Positions 27,906 to 37,339 of a DNA stretch of 63,992 nucleotides are shown here, piece after piece. The position numbers and the translations under genes were made by a program. The DNA is from Thermoproteales archaeon (lineage in GTDB: Archaea > Thermoproteota > Thermoprotei > Thermofilales > B69-G16), in assembly GCA_021161825.1 (NCBI GenBank), contig JAGGZW010000058.1:1-63992 (forward strand), written 5' to 3'. The notes under the pieces were generated by a model. The model was not told the origin of the DNA. It saw only the letters and a program-made list of their open reading frames with translations, and searched no databases. The stretch's first letter is position 1, and every line of letters begins with the position of its first letter.

Positions 27906-28370
27906 TTGAGATTAACTTTTTATTCCGCTAAGCTTACTACTATCTTGGGGCTTGCCTTGGGTAAAGTAAAAAGAATAAGTATGACTCTTCCAGAGGAAAT
28001 ATTGAAAGAACTCGATGACGTGATGAAAGTTACCGGAGCCCGTAACAGATCCAAGATAATCTCTAATGCAATTCTTTCCTACTTATCTTCTTATCGTTGG
28101 ATGCTTGGTAAAAAAATGGTTTCTGGGTCTGTCACGTTCATTTATGATCATGAGCGGGGAGAAGCTGTAAGAAGAATAACACACATTCAACACGAGTTTA
28201 TTGATGTAATAAAAGCTTCGATTCACATCCATTTAAGTGAAAGACTTTGTTTAGAAATTATAAGCGTTGTAGGCAGCGTCGAACGATTAAAAGCTCTTTT
28301 AAACGAGCTTAGAGAAATAAAGGCTGTTATAGGAGTTAATTTCTCGCTATTTCCAATAGAAGAGTATTAG
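27906..28370 (+). CDS. NikR-family ribbon-helix-helix metal-responsive regulator
   Basis: RHH region RISMTLPEEILKELDDVMKVTGARNRSKIISNAI and C-terminal metal-site-like HIHLSERLCLEI. True start is probably internal (TTG about 27957 or ATG 27981). Confidence 0.7.
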   Translation: MRLTFYSAKLTTILGLALGKVKRISMTLPEEILKELDDVMKVTGARNRSKIISNAILSYLSSYRWMLGKKMVSGSVTFIYDHERGEAVRRITHIQHEFIDVIKASIHIHLSERLCLEIISVVGSVERLKALLNELREIKAVIGVNFSLFPIEEY

Positions 28371-28935
28371 TTCCAATCTCTGAACATTTTACAGTTAAAA
28401 AGGTTACGAGTACCGCAACCATTGCACCGAGTATTACCTGAGCCCGCGTGTGCGCCTTCATCTTCAACCTCGCCCAAGCCACAGGAATTAAAAGCAGATA
28501 TAGCAGTGAGTAGGCAAAACCGAAAAATAAAACTATAAATGTCACAGGGCCGGCAACTCCTGCCGTATGCACGCTTATTTTCCATTTTAAAGTTATCACT
28601 AAAATCGTCAGAGTTACTGTAAAGTAACATAAAATGTATAAAGGCAATACTTTTAGCTTGAAAAACAGTGAAAGAAGAAAGCCTATGAAATGGTTAATAA
28701 TTGTTAACGTGAAAAATTTTAACCTTTTTCCCCTTTGAGCCACGAATATATCCGTTCTCCCCTTTCTAGCATCATTTATTATTGGAGCAACTGGAAAAAA
28801 TGTAAGAAATAGAAAGGCTATTAAGCTAGCAACTAAGCAATTTTGTTCTTTCAAGCATATAATAGGCATGTTATAGATTGCAACAAGAGGCGCCGAAGTC
28901 ACGTAAGAAATAAGCTTAGCTAGATTCCTTCCCAT
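28336..28935 (-). CDS. integral membrane protein, PAP2-like
   Basis: Six predicted hydrophobic helices. KISVHTAG and KAHTRAQVILG weakly resemble PAP2 motifs 2 and 3. Confidence 0.45.
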   Translation of the reverse strand: MGRNLAKLISYVTSAPLVAIYNMPIICLKEQNCLVASLIAFLFLTFFPVAPIINDARKGRTDIFVAQRGKRLKFFTLTIINHFIGFLLSLFFKLKVLPLYILCYFTVTLTILVITLKWKISVHTAGVAGPVTFIVLFFGFAYSLLYLLLIPVAWARLKMKAHTRAQVILGAMVAVLVTFLTVKCSEIGTNTLLLEIARN

Positions 28936-28976
28936 AATCTTCTACTCTGCTCGATTTTCTATATAATCATCGTATC

Positions 28977-29804
28977 TCAACTAAGCCGCCGCAACAGCTC
29001 TTCAAGAACCTTCGGAATCTCTACAATTTTGTAGACTACAGCATCAGCATACGGAGAAACTTTTTCTCCTTTCTTCATTTTCTGTACAGCCCATAGACCA
29101 GCTTTTTTCGCTCCCTCGACATCGGCTATTGGATCGTCTCCAACGTGCACCGCCTGTTCGGGCTTTACACCTATCATATCTAGTGTTATTTTGAATATTT
29201 TAGGTGAAGGTTTTTTCCAGCCTACAGCTTGGGAAGTTATGATAACGTCAATAAAGTGCGTAAGACCTGCTCTCTTAATTTCCCTATATATCAAGTCATG
29301 ACTACCCGTGTTGGATATTATCCCTATTTGATACCCCAAATTTTTCAACTCCTTAACTGTCCGCACTGCCCCCTCTTCGAAAACATAACTTTCAACCCAG
29401 ACGTTAACAATAGTTTCATAAACTTCTTCAACCAATAATGGATTCGGTTTAAGCCCTAACTTTTTAAGTAAAATCATAGATCTGAAAAGATCCCAGTATT
29501 CCTCAAGACCTTCCCTGTAGGTAATATGATCCCATTCATTAAATAACAGTTCGATTTTAGCGCGGTTAATATTGATGTGGTTTTTTAATAGTTTATGCAT
29601 TGCTTCTACAAAGTTTTTTCTTAATCCGATGTCGATCACCAGGGTGCTTCCCATATCGAAAAGAATCGCCTTTAGCATTGATATCGATAAAAATACAAAG
29701 GCTACGGTTATAACTTTACCGATTCGCTTACAGTTTTCCATACAGCATTTTATTCCAGGTTTAAAGCCTCGAATACAAAGATTGATATAACAGTATAGAA
29801 ACAT
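28977..29804 (-). CDS. HAD-superfamily hydrolase
   Basis: Motif I ILFDMGSTL, motif II ISNTG, motif IV VGDDPIADVEGA. Likely true start is ATG 29678 (MLKAILFD). Confidence 0.8.
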   Translation of the reverse strand: MFLYCYINLCIRGFKPGIKCCMENCKRIGKVITVAFVFLSISMLKAILFDMGSTLVIDIGLRKNFVEAMHKLLKNHININRAKIELLFNEWDHITYREGLEEYWDLFRSMILLKKLGLKPNPLLVEEVYETIVNVWVESYVFEEGAVRTVKELKNLGYQIGIISNTGSHDLIYREIKRAGLTHFIDVIITSQAVGWKKPSPKIFKITLDMIGVKPEQAVHVGDDPIADVEGAKKAGLWAVQKMKKGEKVSPYADAVVYKIVEIPKVLEELLRRLS

Positions 29805-30018
29805 TCATGGCATACCTAAACGTACTTCTGTGGAAGTGTTGAAAATGACAGTTTCACCTTCCTAGCGCTTTACTTTATAACCTTTTTGGCAGGATTAACC
29901 TATAAGAGAAAAGACCGCGTGAAAATTCGATCCTCGACCATGCCTAAATTCTTCCATCTGATTAAAGAGACAATAAATGTTATAACCGAGTACAATCTAT
30001 CATCATTAAGGGGTAATA

Positions 30019-30792
30019 ATGGCTAAATGCGACTTTTGCGGTAAGGAAGTATATCTACCGTATAGATGCAAATACTGTGGAGGGACCTTCTGCGTTGAAC
30101 ATCATCTACCGGAAAACCATAACTGTCCACGCCTCAAACGGGGAGAATGGACTCCAGCATATTTACCTAATAGATACTCGACAGAATACAAGTTTATTAC
30201 AAAGCCCGAAATAAAGAGAGCAAGAAGAACGCAAATCTGGACTGGCTTTTCAAAAGATGAAATACGTGATTTGCTGTTAGCTTTAGGAGCTATTTCGGCA
30301 GTATATCTATCGTTTGCATTTAAAGTGTTCAGCTTATCCGCTATATTCTACACTTTGATAGCTGTTCTCGTAGCCTTTTTTGTGCATGAAATGGCGCATA
30401 GGTTCACGGCAATATACTATGGTTATAAAGCTCGTTTCGTAGCCAGCATGGAAGGCTTAATTTTAACGCTTATATCGGTAATACTGCCCATTAAAATTCT
30501 TGCACCTGGCTATGTCGCGATATATGGCAGACCAGGAGGAAAGCTCAGCGAAATGGGCTTAATAGCTTTGGCTGGTCCATTATCGAACCTTGCTTTGGCT
30601 TGTATAGCTTTAGTTACGCCTTTGCATGCTCTTCTTAAGTATTTTGTGATCTTAGTGAATGCCGATATTGCATTGTTTAACCTTCTGCCTTTTGCAATTT
30701 TAGATGGCTATAAAATATTTAAATGGAACAAGATAATTTGGCTTTTAATTTTCCTAACGGCTGTCGGCTTATGGATCTATGTAAGGTTTTAA
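30019..30792 (+). CDS. AN1-type zinc finger fused to M50/site-2-protease-like membrane metalloprotease
   Basis: CDFCGKEVYLPYRCKYCGGTFCVEHHLPENHNC (AN1 finger), then TM helices carrying HEMAH and FNLLPFAILDG. Confidence 0.75.
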   Translation: MAKCDFCGKEVYLPYRCKYCGGTFCVEHHLPENHNCPRLKRGEWTPAYLPNRYSTEYKFITKPEIKRARRTQIWTGFSKDEIRDLLLALGAISAVYLSFAFKVFSLSAIFYTLIAVLVAFFVHEMAHRFTAIYYGYKARFVASMEGLILTLISVILPIKILAPGYVAIYGRPGGKLSEMGLIALAGPLSNLALACIALVTPLHALLKYFVILVNADIALFNLLPFAILDGYKIFKWNKIIWLLIFLTAVGLWIYVRF

Positions 30793-32045
30793 AAGAATTC
30801 ATCTAGCTTCTTTACAATTTTTGGAGTGCCATGACTCAACAGCCATTCTCTAACTTTCTCCGGTGTTCTCAATTCCTCAAGCTTTCTTATAGCTTGCCTA
30901 TAAGCATTTTTAAGCTCAGATAAATCCTCCTCTCTGTAATTTTGAAAGGACAAAATAGCATATAGCGCATATCTCAAAGCTTTGATAGCATGCTCCAAAT
31001 TCACGTGTCCAAGAGCGTAGTGGCTGAGAACATCCTCTATTTTTAAAAATGCCTCGCTTGGTCCTTTACTAAAATTTCTTCCACCGCTTATAGGTGGAGG
31101 ATTCAAATTGAGACGTAGATTAACAAGTTTAAATCTTACTAGTTTAGGTCCGATAGCTTCCTCATTCTTTGGCAGATATTTTTGAATACGCTTTTCCAGC
31201 TGAAATTTCCTCTTTTTCCTTTGCGGTATCATCTTAGGATAGCCACCAATAGCTTCTATAGCTTTTAAAGCTAAATTGTCAGCTTCTCCTTCTTTATATT
31301 CTCTCCACTTAACGCTATGTTTATAATTGCTAGGTTTAGTCCATGAGATATCGAAATCTTCTAATTCATCAGGCTTAAAAACTACGCATACAACATTTAG
31401 AAATCTGTGAAGGCTTAAGGGAGCTGTGAAAACTCTCTGGGGATCCATTAAATTTTCAACTTTAATCGAAGTTCCTTCGCTCGCGTTTATTTCGTTTAAA
31501 GATTTTTGTACTTTAGTAGTTACGTATTCTACGATGCTATAGGTTAGGTCCAGCGGTGGTACTTTAGAATACAATTCACTCGAGATCGCGTTTTCGTTTA
31601 TATGGACATGCAAACCCCGTCCTGACCATTTCAAATATATTGACTCTCTCACGCCATTATCTTCCAGAATTTTAACCAGAGCTTTCGCTATTTTTAGCGT
31701 CGTCCGCCACCATTCTACTCTGCTATCTATGTCCCAGGATGGTGTGCGTTTTAGAATGTTTCCGAAATAATCCAGGACATCATCTCTAGTTAAAATTCTC
31801 TTATACACGCTTGATGTAGCATAGAAAGTTCTGGGTTTTAACTTGCTGTATCGAGATAGTATGAAATCCACGTCTTCAAGCTTTGACAACGTTAACGGTT
31901 TATACTTATAGTATCGTAATAATATAGGGCGACCGCCCTTCATTTTCTCTTCACAGTGGACAGCCACCCACCTGTTCCTGCAATATTCAACTATTTCCTT
32001 TCTAACTTCGCTTCTCCTATAATATTCGCTAACGTTAAGAGCCAT
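30789..32045 (-). CDS. priS: archaeo-eukaryotic primase catalytic subunit (PriS-like)
   Basis: AEP motif I SWDIDS, motif II WSGRGLHVHI, motif III DPQRVFTAPLSLH. 418 aa with a helical C-terminal extension of about 170 aa. Confidence 0.6.
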   Translation of the reverse strand: MALNVSEYYRRSEVRKEIVEYCRNRWVAVHCEEKMKGGRPILLRYYKYKPLTLSKLEDVDFILSRYSKLKPRTFYATSSVYKRILTRDDVLDYFGNILKRTPSWDIDSRVEWWRTTLKIAKALVKILEDNGVRESIYLKWSGRGLHVHINENAISSELYSKVPPLDLTYSIVEYVTTKVQKSLNEINASEGTSIKVENLMDPQRVFTAPLSLHRFLNVVCVVFKPDELEDFDISWTKPSNYKHSVKWREYKEGEADNLALKAIEAIGGYPKMIPQRKKRKFQLEKRIQKYLPKNEEAIGPKLVRFKLVNLRLNLNPPPISGGRNFSKGPSEAFLKIEDVLSHYALGHVNLEHAIKALRYALYAILSFQNYREEDLSELKNAYRQAIRKLEELRTPEKVREWLLSHGTPKIVKKLDEFF

Positions 32046-32284
32046 AATACCATGATATTTTAACGGCTTGTTTTATATGATAATATCAGTTAAGTTGTAA
32101 TTTCAGCCCAAATATCTATTCACCGTAGCCGAGAAGTCAGGAACCAGAAGCTATTGTTTAACATATTGACAAGGTTCTTTTTTAGATGATCCATTTATAT
32201 AGTTTCTCTCTCGATATACCTAGATAATTCTATAACTTTATTTGTACCAATTAGGTAGGTAACAGCCATTCCATCGCAGATAAA

Positions 32285-33349
32285 CTATAAGCTGCTAAGC
32301 ATCGATTTTAAAGTTTTAAATCTGAAATCCTTTATCTTTCCTCTCCATTTTTTGTCGTGTTCCTGTTCTATTTTTCTCTGTTGTTTTATGAGCTTTAGGT
32401 TCCACTCCCACACGTCTAAATCCTTGACAAGCATTACTATTCTACTCTTCTCATCCAGTACTTTGATCTGGTATCCAGTTAGCTCAGCTATTTTAGAGGC
32501 AAAATCCAAGAGTTCTTCCATTTTAGGCATTGCTTGAATTGAAAGCCTTTTCTGGCTTTCCCCAACCCATGTGTAACCTTTTAACTCAGCAAACTTTGGA
32601 TTAGCGTAATCTATTAGCTTTGCATAGCCTTCTGGCTCCACCATGTTTAAGCCTTTAACCAATGTCATTCTAAAAACAGTTCTGCAGCTAAACTCTTCCA
32701 TTAATCCCAGACTTTCTAGGACCAGATCCCATGCCTTAGGAATAAGCGGCTTGCTTGTCTTCAAAAAAATTTCTTCGTTAGGTCCATATACGCTAATATA
32801 TAAGTTGGTTGGTTCAGCGTTTTTATCTAGCAATTCTTTAAGTCTAGCAGGTATAGAGCCGTTTGTTACGAGAAAAGCTGTCATTCCTCTATTTTTTATC
32901 TCTTTTATCAATTCTGCAAGATACGGATACATTGTTGGTTCTCCATCAAGGCTTATTGCCACATGTCTAGGAAACATAGCTTCCAGGAAACGCTCTTGTG
33001 AAACTTTTGGATTCCCCTTATACCCTATCAATAATTCTCTCTGTGCCTTTATGATACCATCAACTATTTCCTTGGGATCATCCCACTCCGGCACCATTTT
33101 GAACCTGCCTTCCTCATGTATTCTCCAGCAGAAGCTACAAGCAAAATTGCAAAAGTTTAGGTTTGGAGTCATCTGAACGCAACGGTGACTATTTACTCCA
33201 TACCATCGCTTATAGCATAATCTTTCACCCTTTAAGGCCGTTCTAGTCCATCTGCAAATCTCAACCGCTGTGTTTTTACCAACTAGCCTGTATCCTGCCC
33301 TTAGATACCTCTGAATTTGCTGTTTCGTAAATTTAGTTTTTGCATTCAT
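32285..33349 (-). CDS. taw1: tRNA 4-demethylwyosine synthase (radical SAM, TYW1/Taw1)
   Basis: Radical-SAM cluster CNFACSFCW, upstream Cys-rich region (CRWTRTALKGERCYKRWYG), LDGEPTMYP. Confidence 0.85.
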   Translation of the reverse strand: MNAKTKFTKQQIQRYLRAGYRLVGKNTAVEICRWTRTALKGERLCYKRWYGVNSHRCVQMTPNLNFCNFACSFCWRIHEEGRFKMVPEWDDPKEIVDGIIKAQRELLIGYKGNPKVSQERFLEAMFPRHVAISLDGEPTMYPYLAELIKEIKNRGMTAFLVTNGSIPARLKELLDKNAEPTNLYISVYGPNEEIFLKTSKPLIPKAWDLVLESLGLMEEFSCRTVFRMTLVKGLNMVEPEGYAKLIDYANPKFAELKGYTWVGESQKRLSIQAMPKMEELLDFASKIAELTGYQIKVLDEKSRIVMLVKDLDVWEWNLKLIKQQRKIEQEHDKKWRGKIKDFRFKTLKSMLSSL

Positions 33350-33413
33350 TACCCTTACTCCACCTGTATTAACCTTAGCTAAACAACAATTTAAAATTCA
33401 CCATACTGAACAA

Positions 33414-34697
33414 CTATTTTCTTTTTAAAGCAACTACTAGCTTAATAACATCTCTATGCCTTAACAAGTAGTTTTTTGGAAGCCTTAACCCCATCCTCGC
33501 GTCGATTCCACATACTAAACTTTTTGCTAGTTCTGAATGTATTGCTGCTGCAAGATCGTATAGCGTAGAACCTGGGGGCATTAGGTAGACGTCTGGTAAA
33601 ACTCTACCCTTACTATCTGTTAAATTCTTTTCATCCGCGACGGGGAAAATAGCATTCATAGATAATAGCTTAAATACAGCTACATCCAGAGCGTATTGAA
33701 CACCAGTTCTGAAGTATTTACTTAGAATCTTTTCCTGAACATACTCTAGAGCCCATCGCTGCTTCTTAGTAAGCCTATCCTTATCTTTAACAAAGAACAT
33801 TTCTTCGCCGGGGACATATTCAACCAAGCCGCTTTTTTCGGCTCTTCTCAAAGCCAGTTCAGCTTCTGCAGAGCAAGGTATTACTATGTAATCGCTATAT
33901 TCTCTGGTTAATGCTTCATAGTTTTCATCTGCATAGGGCAAATCCATCTTATTAGCAACTATTAGAGTAGGCTTTTTCTTGCGTAGATTGTAAGCCATTA
34001 CCCGAAAATCATCATCGTTCCATTTAGCAAAATCTTTATCCAGGAGTTCCGATTCGATAAGCGCTGCTTGAGCATCTTCAAGAGTTATTTTTATACCTGC
34101 TAGCAATCTGGAAATTGCCAAGTCTAACCTTGTAGTTTGCTTATACAACTTTGCTATATGCTTCGAGTTTTTCTTAAGTAGTTGATAATACCATTGAACG
34201 AGTTCCCGCTCTACATCTCTAAAATCCCTTACGGGATCTCCTATCCCCGGCTTGACAATTCTACCTTCCTCGTCTATACTTCCAGAGGCATCTACAACGT
34301 GTATTAGGGCATCTGAAACAGCCGCAACCGACAGAAATCTAATTCCTAAACCCCTTCCCCGCCACGCTTCCTTTATCAAGCCTGGAATATCCACGATCTT
34401 CACAGGTGCAAATCTCCATCCATTAATACATGCAGAGTTTACTGGATTATCCTTTACCTTAAATTCTTTACATACGCAGTGAAAGTGAACATAGGCAACC
34501 CCCTCATTAGGTTTTTTCGTCGTAAAAGGATAAGTCGATATTTCAGCTTCAAGAAGTGTTGCAGCATTAAAAAACGTCGTTTTCCCAACATTTGTTTTCC
34601 CGATTAATCCTATTGTTACCAAATTTACACCTTCATCTTTTATAATGTACTCACAATAATCTATATTATTTATTATCGAGCATATTGAATTTACCAA
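33414..34697 (-). CDS. Obg/YchF-DRG family GTPase with TGS-like C-terminus
   Basis: P-loop GLIGKTNVGKTTFFNA, G3 DIPGL, G4 NKMD. C-terminal ...LLRHRDVIKLV. Confidence 0.75.
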   Translation of the reverse strand: MVNSICSIINNIDYCEYIIKDEGVNLVTIGLIGKTNVGKTTFFNAATLLEAEISTYPFTTKKPNEGVAYVHFHCVCKEFKVKDNPVNSACINGWRFAPVKIVDIPGLIKEAWRGRGLGIRFLSVAAVSDALIHVVDASGSIDEEGRIVKPGIGDPVRDFRDVERELVQWYYQLLKKNSKHIAKLYKQTTRLDLAISRLLAGIKITLEDAQAALIESELLDKDFAKWNDDDFRVMAYNLRKKKPTLIVANKMDLPYADENYEALTREYSDYIVIPCSAEAELALRRAEKSGLVEYVPGEEMFFVKDKDRLTKKQRWALEYVQEKILSKYFRTGVQYALDVAVFKLLSMNAIFPVADEKNLTDSKGRVLPDVYLMPPGSTLYDLAAAIHSELAKSLVCGIDARMGLRLPKNYLLRHRDVIKLVVALKRK

Positions 34698-34846
34698 AAT
34701 AATTTACGTTAAACTGAGCCCCTATTTAAAATAGCGATACTAATTCACGATCTAACGTAAAGTTAAACCTAGAAAAAATAAAACCTCAAATAAACTCTAT
34801 ATCTTTCTCTATATCATAGCTTTGCTATAATTAACGTTCAACACGT

Positions 34847-35467
34847 TCATGTCCTAAATTTCAAAGCTATTTCTCTTGCTTTCTGATAATCTTCTAACGT
34901 ATTAATATTGTAAAATGTTATATACGGATTTTCAGACAGTTTGTAAACGTCGATAAAGAAACATTTTAAATATTTTAATGGTGCTATACTACGCATTTCG
35001 TTATTTCTTAAAGCTTCGCGCACAGCATCTACATATTTTTCTCGCTTATAAATAGCGGTCAAAGGTTCAAGGTAACCATTTGGCCATCTAGGAATACAAG
35101 CGTCAAATTTTTGGCATGCCTTTTTCATTTCAAGAACTATTTTAGAAGTTACAAATGGTTGATCGCATGAAACTAGAAAAAGGAATTCTTCGTTAGCGGC
35201 TTCAGCGCCAGATAATGCACCTATAATAGGCGCTTGTATTTTTCTAATTTTATCTTCTACAATTTTTATTTTAGAATTTTTGAAATATTCAAGCATTTTC
35301 CTTTTTTGCTTAAAGTCGTGAACAACTACAATCACGTTGTTCGATACAGGATTTAGAGCGTCTATTAGCCATTTTATTAAAGGCTTGTCTAGTAGAAGAA
35401 AAAACGCTTTATATTTACCTTTCATACGGCCCGATCTTCCGCCAGCTAAGATTACTGTGTCTAGCAT
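34847..35467 (-). CDS. mobA: molybdenum cofactor guanylyltransferase-like (MobA family)
   Basis: ILAGGRSGRMKG N-terminal nucleotide-binding motif and LVSCDQPF. 206 aa. Confidence 0.7.
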   Translation of the reverse strand: MLDTVILAGGRSGRMKGKYKAFFLLLDKPLIKWLIDALNPVSNNVIVVVHDFKQKRKMLEYFKNSKIKIVEDKIRKIQAPIIGALSGAEAANEEFLFLVSCDQPFVTSKIVLEMKKACQKFDACIPRWPNGYLEPLTAIYKREKYVDAVREALRNNEMRSIAPLKYLKCFFIDVYKLSENPYITFYNINTLEDYQKAREIALKFRT

Positions 35468-35844
35468 AGTGTCAGCTCTCGCAGTTTTACATGCCTTAAC
35501 CTGTTATTATTCCTTATCCAAGCGAGAATTTTTCACATGCAGAACCTCTCTTAGAATAATTATATTTTTATAGCAATTAAAACTTAATAGTGCACGAATT
35601 ATGCCATTGCATAAATTTTATTTGCAGGTTTTAATTTTATTTCAAGCTTAAATATCAAGTAGTGAAACTTTCATAAATTTACTTGTGTTTTATTAAAGTG
35701 ATTATCGAATAAGCTCTCCCAAATTTTATTATCATAAATCATCGTACTATCCTATCTTTAGCTATTCTATGAGTTATGCTTAAATATTCAAACATTTCTC
35801 GCCTTTATCTTGTGCTAATTCTTCATAATTAATCGAGAAAAAAA

Positions 35845-36624
35845 TTATGTGTCCTTTAACACTATTAACGTTATTTCAGGCGGACAGAATAGTCTAACGG
35901 GTAGAATCGATGTTCCCAGCCCTCTATTCACATACATATAGGTGCTATCGATTTTAAACAAACCTGATGCATATTTTCTATACTCTTTGCTTACTGGAAG
36001 AAAAAGCGGTCCATAGCCTGGAATTACCACTTGACCGCCGTGGGTGTGTCCGACAAGAACTAAATCGATCTTGTAGGAGGCAGCCTCATCTATTATTTCC
36101 GGGGAATGCGCCAGTAAAATTGTAAGAGCGCCTGAAGGAACATTTTCTAGCGCTTTCTCCAGGTTTGCCTTCCCAATGCTAGGATCGTCAACGCCTATAA
36201 TATACAACTCTATCTCGTTAACCTTGGCTTTAACGTTTTCATTTACGAGAACTTCAACGTCAAGAGCCTCTATTTTATTTTTTAAATCTGTTAAATTTGC
36301 GCCACTTTCATGATCCCAGTTTCCGTAAACGAGATAGACTTGAGCTATGCGCCTCATCTTATCCAAGAAATCTAACAATTCGTCTATGCTTTCCCTTTTT
36401 TCAATTAAGTCTCCAGTTATAACAATAATATCAGGATTTAATTTTTCAATTATTCTTATCGTATTTAGTTCTCTTTCTCCTATATTATGAAAGTGTAGGT
36501 CTGATATGTGGACTATTTTAATTTTTTCATTGCTCGGTATCTTACTTATCTTTATAGTGATTTTTTCCGTTTTAATCGAATAAGGCTCGAATAGAATGGA
36601 ATACAAGAGAATCCCTACAAACAT
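35845..36624 (-). CDS. membrane-anchored metallophosphoesterase
   Basis: N-terminal TM helix. Motifs HISDLHF, TGDL, GNWDHE, VGHTHGGQ. Confidence 0.85.
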   Translation of the reverse strand: MFVGILLYSILFEPYSIKTEKITIKISKIPSNEKIKIVHISDLHFHNIGERELNTIRIIEKLNPDIIVITGDLIEKRESIDELLDFLDKMRRIAQVYLVYGNWDHESGANLTDLKNKIEALDVEVLVNENVKAKVNEIELYIIGVDDPSIGKANLEKALENVPSGALTILLAHSPEIIDEAASYKIDLVLVGHTHGGQVVIPGYGPLFLPVSKEYRKYASGLFKIDSTYMYVNRGLGTSILPVRLFCPPEITLIVLKDT

Positions 36625-36832
36625 TATCGCTAGTAGCCCTATTAACCTCTTGACAATAAATCACCTAAGTATTATATTTGGTTAGGCATGCTTAAAAAAG
36701 TAAGCGCTCCATTTTAAACTCTACAAAATATAGTCTCTTAATTTTGCAATGTATAGAATCCATTAAGAGAAAGGAAATAAAATTATAATGTTATCTTGCA
36801 AATTCCTTGCATATTTTATATAAGATTCCGCT

Positions 36833-37243
36833 TCAGGTTTCTAGAGGCACTAGTAGATGCCTCGAGGATACTAGGCCTCTAATACCTTTAACAGCAGCTA
36901 TAAGACTCAATACTCTTTCCCCTAATCCTCTAGCAATTAATAGCTCAGTGCAATAATCTCCATCTATGTGCATATGAAGATTACCTATAACCACGTCATT
37001 ATATACATGCCTTATCTTCGCAAGCTTTCTATCAATATATCCTTCGCTATACTCGTAGACTATTACAACCGCGGCTAAAACACTACTGTTTTTTAGACTC
37101 GAATACTCGTACTCCGCAACTAGCCGCCTTACGGCATCACGTATAGCCTCAGATCTGTTTGAATATCCTAGCTGATCCATTAATTTGTTAAGTCTATCAA
37201 GCAACTTTGAATCGAGGGATATGCTGATTACCAAGGATCGCAT
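36833..37243 (-). CDS. nikR: nickel-responsive regulator NikR
   Basis: RHH ISISLDSKLLDRLNKLMDQLGYSNRSEAIRDAVRRLV plus the C-terminal high-affinity-site pattern HVYNDVVIGNLHMHIDGDYCTE (compare E. coli HVHLDHDNCLE). Confidence 0.8.
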   Translation of the reverse strand: MRSLVISISLDSKLLDRLNKLMDQLGYSNRSEAIRDAVRRLVAEYEYSSLKNSSVLAAVVIVYEYSEGYIDRKLAKIRHVYNDVVIGNLHMHIDGDYCTELLIARGLGERVLSLIAAVKGIRGLVSSRHLLVPLET

Positions 37244-37339
37244 GGTTAATAAAATAAATATTTAATTTAATAAATTTTATTATTTTATCGCATATTTATA
37301 ACAGCAATTTTAATATAATTCAGAGCAGCTTAAAGATTT

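Noticed and set aside
32643-33176. Long antisense ORFs inside well-supported genes. Examples: 177 aa opposite taw1; also 53254-53685, 40549-40911, 27187-27564, 8920-9261, 45453-45794, 5501-5773.
   Set aside because: These are shadow ORFs typical of purine-rich (GAA/AAG) coding strands. The sense-strand genes carry unambiguous family motifs, and the antisense products are Ser/Leu/Phe-rich with no motifs.
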